The position numbers were made by a program, and so were the translations under genes. A stretch of DNA of 64,000 nucleotides from positions 1-64,000 of the forward strand of contig ML978121.1 in assembly GCA_010015805.1 (NCBI GenBank). Direction: 5' to 3'. Position 1 is the first letter of the stretch. Each line of letters starts with the position of its first letter. This document shows, piece by piece, positions 23,858 to 34,824 of this stretch. The notes under the pieces were generated by a model. That model was not told where the DNA came from. It saw only the letters and a list, made by a program, of their open reading frames with translations, and made no database searches. Source of the stretch: Rhizodiscina lignyota (taxonomy: Eukaryota).

Positions 23858-24335
23858 ATGCCAGTTTATCATATCGGTGAGCGGCGTTGAACGGAAGATG
23901 AGAGCAGCGCAGCTAACACCAACCACAAGTCCTGTTCAAGCTAAAGGCGGGAGTGACGGACGGTCAGCTCGCCGAATGGGCCGACCATGCGGCTTCGATG
24001 GTCGGCAAGGTTCCAGGTACGATACATATGTTGTCCCTCACTTGGTGCTCTGGTAGAAGAATATGGCTGACGTTGTGTTCCACTTGCCCAGGCCTCCGCA
24101 AAGTCAGTGTCGGAAAGGGGCTAGCAGAGACACGCTACGATATCGCGCCAAAGGATTTGACATGGCCGCTCTCTCTATCCTCCAATCACCGCAATATGTG
24201 TGAGTGTATGCAGAGCACCCTGCTCATCAGGAGTTAGTAGAATGATGCATGGATCAATGACACACCCAAAGCTAATCTTTCAATAGAGTCCATGCTCTCC
24301 GGGAAGCGCTGTGCCAGGACCTGGAATTTGACTGA
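23858..24335 (+). pseudogene. Dabb / stress-responsive A/B barrel protein pseudogene
   Basis: Spliced MPVYHIVLFKLK..MVGKVPGL, frameshift at ~24133-24141, then RAKGFDM..., in-frame TGA 24201-24203 before VYAEHPAH, shortened C-terminus CQDLEFD*. Confidence 0.75.
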
Positions 24336-24614
24336 GCAGACTTGTACATCACTACCACTCTGATTCAATAGTCGTAATTAGTTTAATCCACTCAACTATG
24401 GCTCTGATTTCAACTGAAAATCTCATGAACGCCTTATTGGGGCCTCTTCGTTTCTGTTGATTTCGAGAAGGATAACGATACGTAGAAGTGTCTCCCCTTC
24501 AATAGTACTGCCAGTGAATGAAGAAAGGCAGACCACATTACAAGCTGTTCCTGACAATACACTCCATAACTACCGAAAGTCACTCTACAATTCTACAGCC
24601 TATTGTGACACCAT

Positions 24615-25476
24615 TCAAAATGTATCGAATATCGCGGCGACATATTCAGAATAGTCCTGGATCAAGCGCTGAGCCATTTTTTCCGCATCGTTTCCTTTCA
24701 CCATGATTTCTGGAGCCCTCGTGGAACTTGCCTTGGAGATTGAATATTCCACCCGTGCATTGGAAGCTGGATTCTCTCGTGCGCGTTGTATTAATATGTG
24801 GCTACCGACCAGTTTGAGCGGCCCTTGACTATCCTCGGCGATCTCGAAAATTGCAGAGAGTGGGAATTCGGAAGCCCTCCTGCATTCACTGAAATCCTCC
24901 AGCCAAGGATTCGAAGGTCGATGTTGTTCGATTTGTGTCGGTTGAGCCCATAAATCTCGTCCAAGCAGGTTGCCGGAGACTGAAGTCCATCCCAAAAGCG
25001 TGACGCTGCAGGCGCAAGCCTTGTTGCAGAGCTGAGAAAATACATTTAGAGCGCTCGAGATATTATTCGATGAGTTTGCACCATCTATTGGGAAGCTAAT
25101 TGCGATGGGAGCAAGATCTGGATCCTGTCCAGCATGTGTGATGTATATGTTGCCAGCATGGTCCTGCTAAGGAAAATCAGCCGACAGTCAGACGATGTCA
25201 TGGGTAGGAACTGACAGAACATTGAAGCGGCTCAGACTCTGCCCATTCTGTGAGGGTTTCTCTGAATTCGCGATCTAGAGGCGTAATTGCGCAGTCTTTC
25301 GGTAGAGGTGTTCGATAGGCGGAAAGAATTCGCGTATGCTGCTGGAGGACCGAATCCATGATGGCACTGATCGTAACGTTCGCAGATTGGGATATGGCAG
25401 ATTTTTGAATTTGCCGCACTATATTTTGATCCAGTCGTTTAGCCAATACAGTGCTAATTCTTGTAGATCGCACCAC
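24615..25476 (-). CDS. Orphan hypothetical protein (2 exons; possibly 5'-degraded)
   Basis: ORFs 25198-25476 and 24615-24995 join in frame through a canonical 49-nt intron at 25167-25215 (GTCAGT..CTGAT..TAG). First in-frame ATG at 25359. No recognised motif. Confidence 0.4.
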
Positions 25477-25957
25477 CGCAGTTGTGGAATTGGACCGCGT
25501 CGAACGCCACGGCGATCATCAGCGGAGAGATGCCGCTTCTGAAATGGATGCCGGCATCTCAACGGATGGCCTTTCCATGACTTACATTCTCTATACGCGT
25601 TCTTAGTAGAGTGGTAGTCTTGGATTTTTGGTGCCAATTCTCCTTCAACGTTGTGTACTTGGTGGTCGCCTGTGAGACATCAAGCGGGCTTCTCATTGGC
25701 GTATTCGATTAAAGACATCCAGGAATTGTAAGTATAGGGTTATGTTTAGCAAATGAGGGAAGTAACAGTCACTGTCATCTTACAATGCTGTAGAGGTAAA
25801 ATGAATTGCTCTTCTAAAGGAACACGTCTGTGCGGCGGATTCGCACTCGTCTAGTATGTCCTCTTCTAATGCTCCCTGTACATCGCGCAACACATCCTAA
25901 CTGGCAAATCTACAGGCATCAAGTTATATCCTGCACTTCCATTTAGCCATTCTTCGT

Positions 25958-26997
25958 CTAGTCTTTGACACTGCCATTTACGTCGTTTCGAGATTTGTCC
26001 ATGCTGAAATCTTCGCCTTTGAAGGGGGGCAGACCCGCCGTTACTCTCATTCCTGCTGCACACGAACTCCAGTCAAGTCCTTCCCCTCCAATAGCTTTAG
26101 CAGTCGTTAGATGGCTCCATGCCTGATCAATAATTGGCGTTGGTGTGCTACTCTCATCGCCCAACCGGCGAATAAAGGCGGCATCTTTCATGCCGCCAGG
26201 GATGGTGAAACCTTGAGCGCCGCTGAAGGCTCCGTCTCGAATCTTTCTTCCATAATTGACCCACGAGGGCGCAGGAAACCAAGTCTCTGATGTTGCCACG
26301 TCAATTACATTATACCGACATCAAGCAGCAATTTCCATTGAGAGGGCTAACCTATGAATTTGTAAAACAGATTAGGATCAAATCCAGTCTTCTCCGCTAG
26401 GGTGAAGCTCTCCGAGAGCAGCTCGATTGTCCCAAGGATACAATTGTTCCCAAGAATCTTCAGCAGCGCTCCTTTTGACGTCTCGTCGCCGCAGTCCAGT
26501 GATGCTTTACCGATAGCCGGGACAACATACTCTCCAACGGTGGCTCGGGCTTCTGCATCACCAGACATGACGATAAGCAGACCAGCTGCTTTAGCCGCCG
26601 CTGGAGGGCCAAAGATAGGACAAGAGAGGAAAGACGATCCAACCTTTGCGGCTTCGGCTTGAAGGATCGATGAGGTAGTTGGGAAGAGCGTGGAATGGTC
26701 AACCAGTATCGTGCGACTTCGCGCGGCGGAGAGAATGCGTCTGTACACATCCAATGCCACTTCGTCATTCGCCAGACACGTATGGATGATGTCGCATTGT
26801 CGCGCCAAATCTTCTATTGTTGATGCGATATCGCAATATGTTTCTTCGCGCATGTGTTCGATCTTGGCCGCGGTCCTATTCCACAGTAATACCTGTGGGG
26901 ACCCCTTCTCCCTTGCGTAAGATGCAAGATTGCGGGCCATGTGGGATCCCATGTTGCCCAGGCCGATGAAGCCAAAAGAATGCTTGTTTCCAGACAT
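25958..26997 (-). CDS. NAD(P)-dependent beta-hydroxyacid dehydrogenase (3-hydroxyisobutyrate/6-phosphogluconate DH family); 2 exons
   Basis: GFIGLGNMGSHMARNL Rossmann motif, DHSTLFP, CPIFGPP, catalytic LKILGN, GGMKDA. Intron 26287-26351. Confidence 0.88.
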
Positions 26998-27524
26998 GGC
27001 GTTCAGCACAACAAAAGAGACACTATGCGAGAATCGAGTAGACTTGAGAACTTAAGGAGTTGTTGAAGAGGAAAGGGTTCGGATGCATGGTTAATACAGT
27101 TTCCATATCGGATAGGCTTAAGGATAGCAGTTCAGGTTGGCCACAGCGGCATCTCTCCGCCAACACCTGGCACGCACTTGATCGATGTTGTGACGTATCC
27201 CACTCAGACAACAATGATGGACGGGATGATTTTCTCCAGTTAAGCGAGAGATGTTGGTTGGGGTTTTCATGAGGCACGCGGCGAACTCACTCCGCATCTC
27301 CGCAATGATCCTCCAGTAAACGGACATGCGCGGCCTTGTACTCCACACCCCGCCTCCACGCTTCCTTCTCCACAGCAACAGCACGTCACACGTGGTGTCA
27401 AGCGGGAAGATGCCGGGGAACATGACGATCACTTTAAGAGTGTTTGGTATACATGAGGATCGGATCGTCATAAAGCAGTTCGTCCAGTCCTCGTTGGAAC
27501 AGACATCAGTCTGAAGCTTTGACA

Positions 27525-29014
27525 ATGGCACCTCAGAGTCAAGTCAACGGACACACCAACTCTTTTCTCTCGAACGGCCACGGAGATGTCTCGCCGGTGA
27601 ACGGCTTGCCATTCTACAGGCCCACGCCAGCAGACATCACCATCAAGAACCACGAGGATGGAGACAAGAGTAAAATCCTCTTCCGCAACGTCAAGATATT
27701 TGATTCTACAGGAGCCAATCCCTATGCCGGAGACGTCGTGATTGAAGGCGAGCGAATCAAAGAGGTCGGTGAAGTTAACTTCGAGCCAGATAGTGATACG
27801 CTCGTCATTGAGGGAAATGGCAAGACACTCATGAGTGGGCTTGTGGACGCTCATACGCACCTCAGCTGGAATAACTCGCCGACGCTTGATGGCCTCACGA
27901 AACTCCCGCTTGAAGAGCATGTTCTGTTCACTGCGAATTCCGCGAAAATCTACCTGGACTGCGGGTACACCATGTGCTTCGGCGCAGCAGCAGCTCAGCC
28001 AAGGCTAGATTTGGTCATCAAGAACGCTATTCGAGAAGGAAAGATCCCAGGCCCGCGTACTCTTTCAAACTGCCAGGAAATTACGACCACTGGAGGCGCA
28101 ATCGTCCCAAGCATCTCAAGATTCGCTGACGGCGAAGACGGCATGCGCAGGGCTGTTCGCGAGTTCATCTCTCTCGGCGTGGATAACATCAAGTTGAGGT
28201 TCGTATCCCCGTGAGACGATGCGAAGCCGCAAGTCGTGCTAATTCGAGGAAAAGCTTGACAGGTGATTACATACACTCTACTATGGGCTCGAAGGAGACA
28301 TACTGGACGCTCAAAGAAGCCAAGGCCGCCGTCGAAGAAGCGCACAATCGTGGAAAGCGAGTCTGTGCACATGCTCGGTCTGCAGAAGGCGTAAAGATAT
28401 CTGCCCTCTCCGGAATTGACGTGATTTACCATGCCAGTTATGTCGACGAGGAGGGCATGAACATGCTCGAGCAGCTCAAGGACCGCGTCTTCGTCGCTCC
28501 AGCGATCAACTACCCGCTCACGAGTTGTACCGGAGAGGCCACACCGTACGGCCTCACGCCGGAGATGGCCAAGAAGAAGGGTCTGGCCGATGAAGTCGAG
28601 ACAGCTTGCAAAGCAATGGCCGAAATGCATAAGCGGGGCATCCGTGTCCTTCCCGGCGGTGACTACGGCTTCGCTTGGGCACCGCATGGAACGTACGCCA
28701 GAGACCTCATGCACTTCGTTGAGAGATTCGGCTACACGCCCAAGGAAAGTTTGATCGCGGCAACGGCGCTCGGAGGAGAGATCATGGGCTATCCGAACGA
28801 CCTCGGAAAGGTCCAGCCAGGATTTTACGCGGACGTTATTCTCGTTGATGGTGATCCGCTGGAAGACATCAAGATACTTCAGGATACGACGAAACTACAC
28901 GCCATCGTTATCAATGGCCACGTGCACAAACATCTCAAAGAGAGCGATCTCGAGGGCCAAAAGGTGTCCAAGAAGAACGCAATGTACTCAAACCTACCCG
29001 CTCGCATAGAGTGA
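27525..29014 (+). CDS. Metal-dependent amidohydrolase (prolidase/ochratoxinase-like TIM-barrel subgroup); 2 exons
   Basis: GLVDAHTH (HxH), NIKL (carbamylated Lys), CAHA, YHA, GGD, GKVQPGFYADVILVDGDPL. Intron 28199-28254. Confidence 0.9.
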
Positions 29015-29947
29015 GCGGCATATGGAGGTGCTGAGAGGAAATTAGCGTGATGTGCGAGTAATTTTGTCTTTCTCTGGCAGTTACCTTTAGTACGCCTCGC
29101 GCGTTTGAGTGTCAAGACATTTTCGAACATCTGTGCAAGTGTCCCACCTTAGCACGATTGGTTGCTGGCACCTAGAGCCATCCACTGCGTCGGCGCAAAC
29201 CACCGCAAAGACGCCAACTTGGGTCAAAATGGTGACGATGAAGTGATTCAGAGTGTGCTCGTGCAGCTTTGAGCCTGGAAGACGCGTCTACGGAGTACAG
29301 TGCTACTTGTATGGAGGCTGAAGGCGCGCACGTGGGGGCGGAGAAGCGTGTCGCGCGACGTGTATTTTGGGAAATTTAGGGAGGGAAGAGGCAAGTCGTT
29401 GCGGGGCGCTTGTTCTAGAATGATCAAATGATACGAGGGTCAGCATGCTGTACATAGGAGGTGTCTTGTGGGCGTGGGCAGCGAAATGAGGTCGGGGCGG
29501 CGTCGAGACTCAGGGGTTCAGCAGCTCCGCCGGCCAGGTTCCGTCTCACGAGCTGCACGCGCTTGGCCAATCGGGGCTAGCAGCCGCGCCCGACGCGTGC
29601 GTGCCGGGATTAGCGTCTCCTGTCTTCAGGAGGTTGCTGTCGCCTTGCACTTCCGCCGTTTAAATTATCAGAACCTCTGCACTTCGCCGTGCTCGACGTC
29701 GGACACCAGCTATCGCCGTCGCCGACGCTGGCCCACGCCGAATTCCAAAGTTGCCCAATTTCCCCGCCACTTGCTGTGCCCCTGGCTCCACTGACGCTCA
29801 TTTCGTCCGCCATATTCAAATGCGCTGTATCATGCGATGCTGACCGGTCCCTCCACTCAACAACACATATCAACCACCATTCTGCCCACGGCCTTACCGA
29901 CGGAAGCTTGAGCGGCGACGGGCATCACATTCGCAGTCTTGCACGAA

Positions 29948-31454
29948 ATGCCGGTACCCAGACGACGGCTAACACTCTCAGAGCTCGGCGTCGACCCCCT
30001 CAAGGATTTAGCAATATCAACGGAATTCGCCGGAATAAACATCGCATCGCCGCTATCGGCAGGAGGAGGAGAATCCCCAAATCCATTCAGCCCAATCCGC
30101 GGGAGCTCGCCACTTCCATTTGCCTCCACTCCGGTGAGCCAAATCAACGAAGAGCCCTGGCCGGGGTCACGCGGCCGGCTCTATGCTATCGCCGACCTTC
30201 ACCTCTCGTACCCAGCGAACCGTGAGGCTCTAGAGAAGCTACGCCACTATCCCGGGGACGGCCTGATCATCTGCGGCGACGTTGGGGAGACCACCGAGCA
30301 CCTGGAGTTCGCCTTCAGGATCGCAAAGGAGCGATTTGCAGTCGTCTGGTGGTGTCCCGGCAACCACGAGTTGTACACGTCGGCTTTGGATCGCGAGCAC
30401 GGATCAAAAGGCGAAAAAAAGTACTTCGAATGCGTGCATGTCGCGCGGGGCCATGGTGTGCTGACTCCCGAGGATTCCTTTGTCGTGTGGGATGGCGAGG
30501 GTGGGCCTTGTGTGATTGCGCCGATATTCACGTTATACGACTACTCCTTCCGGCCGGATCATGTGAGCTTGGAAGGCGCAGTGAAGTGGGCGAAAGAGGA
30601 AGGGATTGAGGCTACAGATGAGCATCTGCTGTATCATGAGCCGTACAGCAGCCGGCAGGAATGGTGTGGAGAGCTCGTTGAGAAGTTCCAGCGGAAGTTG
30701 GAGGAGGCCCAAGCAGCGCATCCTGGCATGCCGATGGTCATTGCCAATCATTGGCCTCTGAGGGAGGATCTCATCTATCTGAGAATGATTCCTCGTTTTA
30801 GCATCTGGTGTGGGACGAAGAAGACTGAAGACTGGCATAAGATGTTCGGTGCAAAAGTTGTCGTGAGCGGGCACCTGCATATCCGCAGGACGGATTGGAA
30901 GGACTCCACACGGTTCGAAGAGTGTTCTTTGGGATATCCGAGACAGTAAGTGGCCTATGGACCCACAGCAACACCAGCTGCAGAGCTGGACACGCATGAG
31001 CTAACGACAAACGCAGATGGAAAGAGTGTATGGACAAAGGCATGGATGTCAACGAGTTTTTGAGAGAGATTTTGTAAGGAGCCTTCTGCCCGAGTACGGG
31101 TAACGTGACTTACGAAGGTGTTTTAGGCCGGGCCCGTCACAACCGAAGAGCGGGAATGCGCCGACTCTTTGGAGGAGATGTAGAGAGACGTCGCACGACC
31201 CAGCAGAGATATTCGCGAAGAGACCAACCAAGGCAGCTTCTGTCCGTCGGCCAGCAGGGCTGTCTGCGAGGCTCGCAGTCGAAAGGGGCCATTTGCGGAA
31301 AAGAAGCTACAGTGCCCCACCACCCAAAAGTCCCGACCCCCCCAAGTCTGGTCCAGATGGTGGTCTCGACTTTTCCAAGGAATGGTGGCTTCTGTCCAAG
31401 GGGCATGTTGTCAGAGGGAATCCATCGAGGGAGTGGTGGCGTTTCGATAAGTGA
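29948..31454 (+). CDS. Calcineurin-like metallophosphoesterase, PptH (Rv2795c)-like; 3 exons
   Basis: DLH, GD, GNHE, NHWP, GHLH metal ligands. Introns 30946-31016 and ~31074-31126 give GYPRQW...LREILPGP. Confidence 0.88.
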
Positions 31455-31563
31455 TGCGCTTAAATTTGATGGTGAACAGTCTCAACTACGCTATGTAAGA
31501 TATGGAAGAGTTCCGCATCAAGAGCGATACTTAAGACCAGAAATGAAACACCCATGCCAAGGC

Positions 31564-32613
31564 TCATGTTTTGATGACTCCGAAATTTATTAGACTTTCC
31601 GCACTCGCGACGATCGCATCGACATTCGAACGGGGCTCCCAACCAAGCAAGTTCCTAGCTTTATCATTCGAAGCGGGTTTGATCTTGTCCAACTCAGGAG
31701 TCACTAAAGCAACGGCGGGGTCGAATAACGCGATCAGCCTGAGCAAGAAATTCGGGAGGTCGCGGGTTGGACATCGCTTTGCTGCCGCGCCCAGTCTCTC
31801 GCGGAGCGCCAGCGAGATCTCCTTCACCGTCATCACTGGAGGAGATACACAAAGAAACCTCTCGCCTTTCGCCTTTGGATGAGTCATTGCGATAAGATGC
31901 AAGTCGGCCGCATCCCGAACGTCAATGATTCCCCAACTCAAGCGGGGACATCCAGGCAGTGAGCCGTTCATCAGGCGCAGGACGATTTCGACGGATGGAG
32001 AAAAGTCAGGACCCAGGATTGGCCCAAAAATGGCCGTTGGCTGAATGACCGTCAACTCAAGATTGCCGCCCTCTTCCTCGACAAAGTCCCAGGCAGCACG
32101 CTCCGCAACTGTTTTGCTCTTAATGTAAGCCGAAACGCCTGGTCCATCGGGATTCGTCCAATCCTTTTCAGTAAAAGGTTTAGAAGTGTCCCAGTCTTCA
32201 TGGCCATATGCGACAGCGCCGAACGAGGAGGTAATAACAACGCGCCTGACCCCAGCATCTCTGGCTGCTCGCAAGACGCGTAGAGTACCTTGGCGAGCCG
32301 GAATGATGATGTCGTCTTCGTGTTTGGGTACTGACATGGGAAATGGAGACGCCACATGCAAGACGTAGGCACAATCTTTGACTGCTTCGTTCCATCCATC
32401 ATCTTTTGCCAAGTCTGCTTCAATAAAGGTGACGTCTTCCAGATTGGTGGCGTTGCCCGCTGTTAGCATATCGCGGACGTCCTTTTCGCGGGGGAGAGTC
32501 CTAATCGTAGTCCTGACACGATAATTGGCACTTAGGCATTTCAGGATGCAATGCACCCCAAGGAAACCGGAGCCACCGGTGACCAAAACCAGCTCTTTTC
32601 CGTTGCTGGCCAT
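31564..32613 (-). CDS. NAD(P)-dependent epimerase/dehydratase-family (extended SDR) aldehyde reductase; intronless
   Basis: VLVTGGSGFLG, HVASP, TSS, catalytic YIKSK, DVRD. Confidence 0.92.
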   Translation of the reverse strand: MASNGKELVLVTGGSGFLGVHCILKCLSANYRVRTTIRTLPREKDVRDMLTAGNATNLEDVTFIEADLAKDDGWNEAVKDCAYVLHVASPFPMSVPKHEDDIIIPARQGTLRVLRAARDAGVRRVVITSSFGAVAYGHEDWDTSKPFTEKDWTNPDGPGVSAYIKSKTVAERAAWDFVEEEGGNLELTVIQPTAIFGPILGPDFSPSVEIVLRLMNGSLPGCPRLSWGIIDVRDAADLHLIAMTHPKAKGERFLCVSPPVMTVKEISLALRERLGAAAKRCPTRDLPNFLLRLIALFDPAVALVTPELDKIKPASNDKARNLLGWEPRSNVDAIVASAESLINFGVIKT

Positions 32614-33314
32614 AGCAGAAGGATTGCGGCGTAAGTTCCGAGAAACGACTTGCTTTGAGCTCGCTGCTCTTTCGGAGAGGGTCAAAGTAGTCTTTAACGA
32701 CCTTATAACGCGCTTTCAGAGGGAAAGGCGCCAGAGAGCACTGGGCCATGCACCGAGGTGCAGAAGCAGAAGTGCAGTCGTGCATTGGGAGTTGCGTATT
32801 CTTCAGTTGCCTGGCTGGCTTTGAATGTCCTGGAATGCAACGTCCTAACCTGATTGGGCGGCGAACCCATTCATTAATGGAAGGAAGCCGCGCCAGGGCA
32901 TCGCTAGCCGGAGCAACAAATGGGCCGTCCCGAGCAACGTCGCCACGGTTTAGGAATAGTCTCAAAGTTGGAGCGGGAGGGGCCTTAGGCCAATGGTTGG
33001 AGATAGCGGCGGAGGTAACGGTGCCAACGGTGGAGGTTAAAGTCTTGCGATCTCCAACGGCGGACGAAAGATCTCATGCAGGACCTCACGATATGCCGCA
33101 GATTTGCCGAACCCACTCCTCCTTATTCCGTAGAAGATGTAATAAGTAGATGAACACTGCGACACCTCTCCGCCGCAATCCCCGAGGGTCTTCTATAGAT
33201 AAGATGCATATAATTAATTGAAGCTGCCTGTAGTTGTCGAGATGCGACTATCCACTGCTCTGAATACACTCCAGCACTGTCATTTGCCCAGTTCTTGCGA
33301 ATCCGGAGAACATA

Positions 33315-34505
33315 ATGACTACCTCTACTAAACTCCCCACCCGCAAGCTCGGCGCAGACGGCCCAGAAGTTCCACGCTTAGGTGTTGGTCTTATGAGTGC
33401 GAGCCTCCCCGTCTATGGGGGACCATTGCCCGATGCCGAGCGCTTGGCCTTTCTTGATGAGGCGCACAAGAAGGGTGCAATCTTTTGGGACACAGGTGAG
33501 TATGCTGAATGCGGGGAATACCCTTTGGAAATGGAGAATGAAATACAGCCGGATCTCCCTTTGTGTTATGTAACTTCGGTTGTCTCTTGCTGATTACCAT
33601 CTTTGTAGCTGACGAGTATGCCGATTCGGAGGACCTCTTGGGCAAATGGTTCGCCGCCAACCCCGAGAAGCGCAAAGACATCATTATCGCCACGAAATTT
33701 GGCATTAAAATGCACTCCGGGGGGTTCAATGTGGATTCAACGCCAGAGTATTGTCGAGAAGCCAACTCAAACTCGTTGAGGCGTCTTGGCCTACCCTCGA
33801 TCGACATTTACTATGTCCACCGCCTAGACAAGGTCACCCCGATTGAGAAGACGATCGAGGCCATGGTCGAACTCAAGAACGCGGGCAAGATCAAGTATCT
33901 AGGTATGAGTGAATGTAGCGCAGAGTCTCTACGTCGTGCGCATGCTGTGCACCCGATCACATGCGTACAAGTGGAGTATTCACCGTTCTGCCTTGCGATT
34001 GAGTCGCCGAAAACCAAACTTCTCGAGGTGGCGCGCGAGCTTGGAGTAGCAGTTGTGGCGTACAGCCCACTCGGCAACGGCCTGCTTAGCGGTTCGATTC
34101 GCTCACGTGAAGACTTTATGAGGCCAAATGACTCCCGAAAGATACTGCCGTGGCTCAGTGAAGAGAATTTCCCGAAGAACATGGCAATCGTACACAAGAT
34201 TTCCGACATCGCCGAGGCGAAGAGCATTACCGTGGCGCAATTGACGCTCGCATGGCTACTTGCCCAGGGCGATGATATCTTCCGTGAGTTGATCCATTTC
34301 ATTTAGAAAGGTTTCGTCACTAATGTTGACTCAAGCCATTCCGGGAACCTCGAAGGTGCATCGCCTCGAGGAAAACCTGGGTAGCCTTTTCGTTTCTTTA
34401 TCGCCAGAGGAAGAGAAGACCATCCGAACCCTTGCACAGGAATCTGCAGGCGGGAGATTTCAGGAGGCGACAGGCTACGCATTTGCTGATACGCCAGAAC
34501 TGTAG
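33315..34505 (+). CDS. Aldo-keto reductase (AKR13/YakC-like); 3 exons
   Basis: Introns 33496-33608 and 34284-34335. DTADEY, ATKFG, YYVHR, LGMSE, QVEYSP, AYSPLG, PIPGT. Confidence 0.92.
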
Positions 34506-34824
34506 AATGAAGGCTCGCGCGGTGTCGGATTTGATCATCAGCTTCATATCAAAGAGCTGTATACCTGCAAAAGCGGCGATGCGGCGACAAATGTTGTATG
34601 TCATTGAATATGTCTCTTCTGAAGGAGCAAAGGGTCGCTTTGACTGGAACAGCCCCGTGACTAGACGACTCGTATCAGTCTGTGCTCCTCCGAGAACAGA
34701 GATTTGTTCTCGTTCCAGTATTGAAAATTCACAATTCAATGCAAGAAAATCTCCAGGGCTTCCAAAGTTGGCCTATTAAGCCATATTGAATATCTCAGGT
34801 GGTAGTTTCACCATCCGAACTGGG

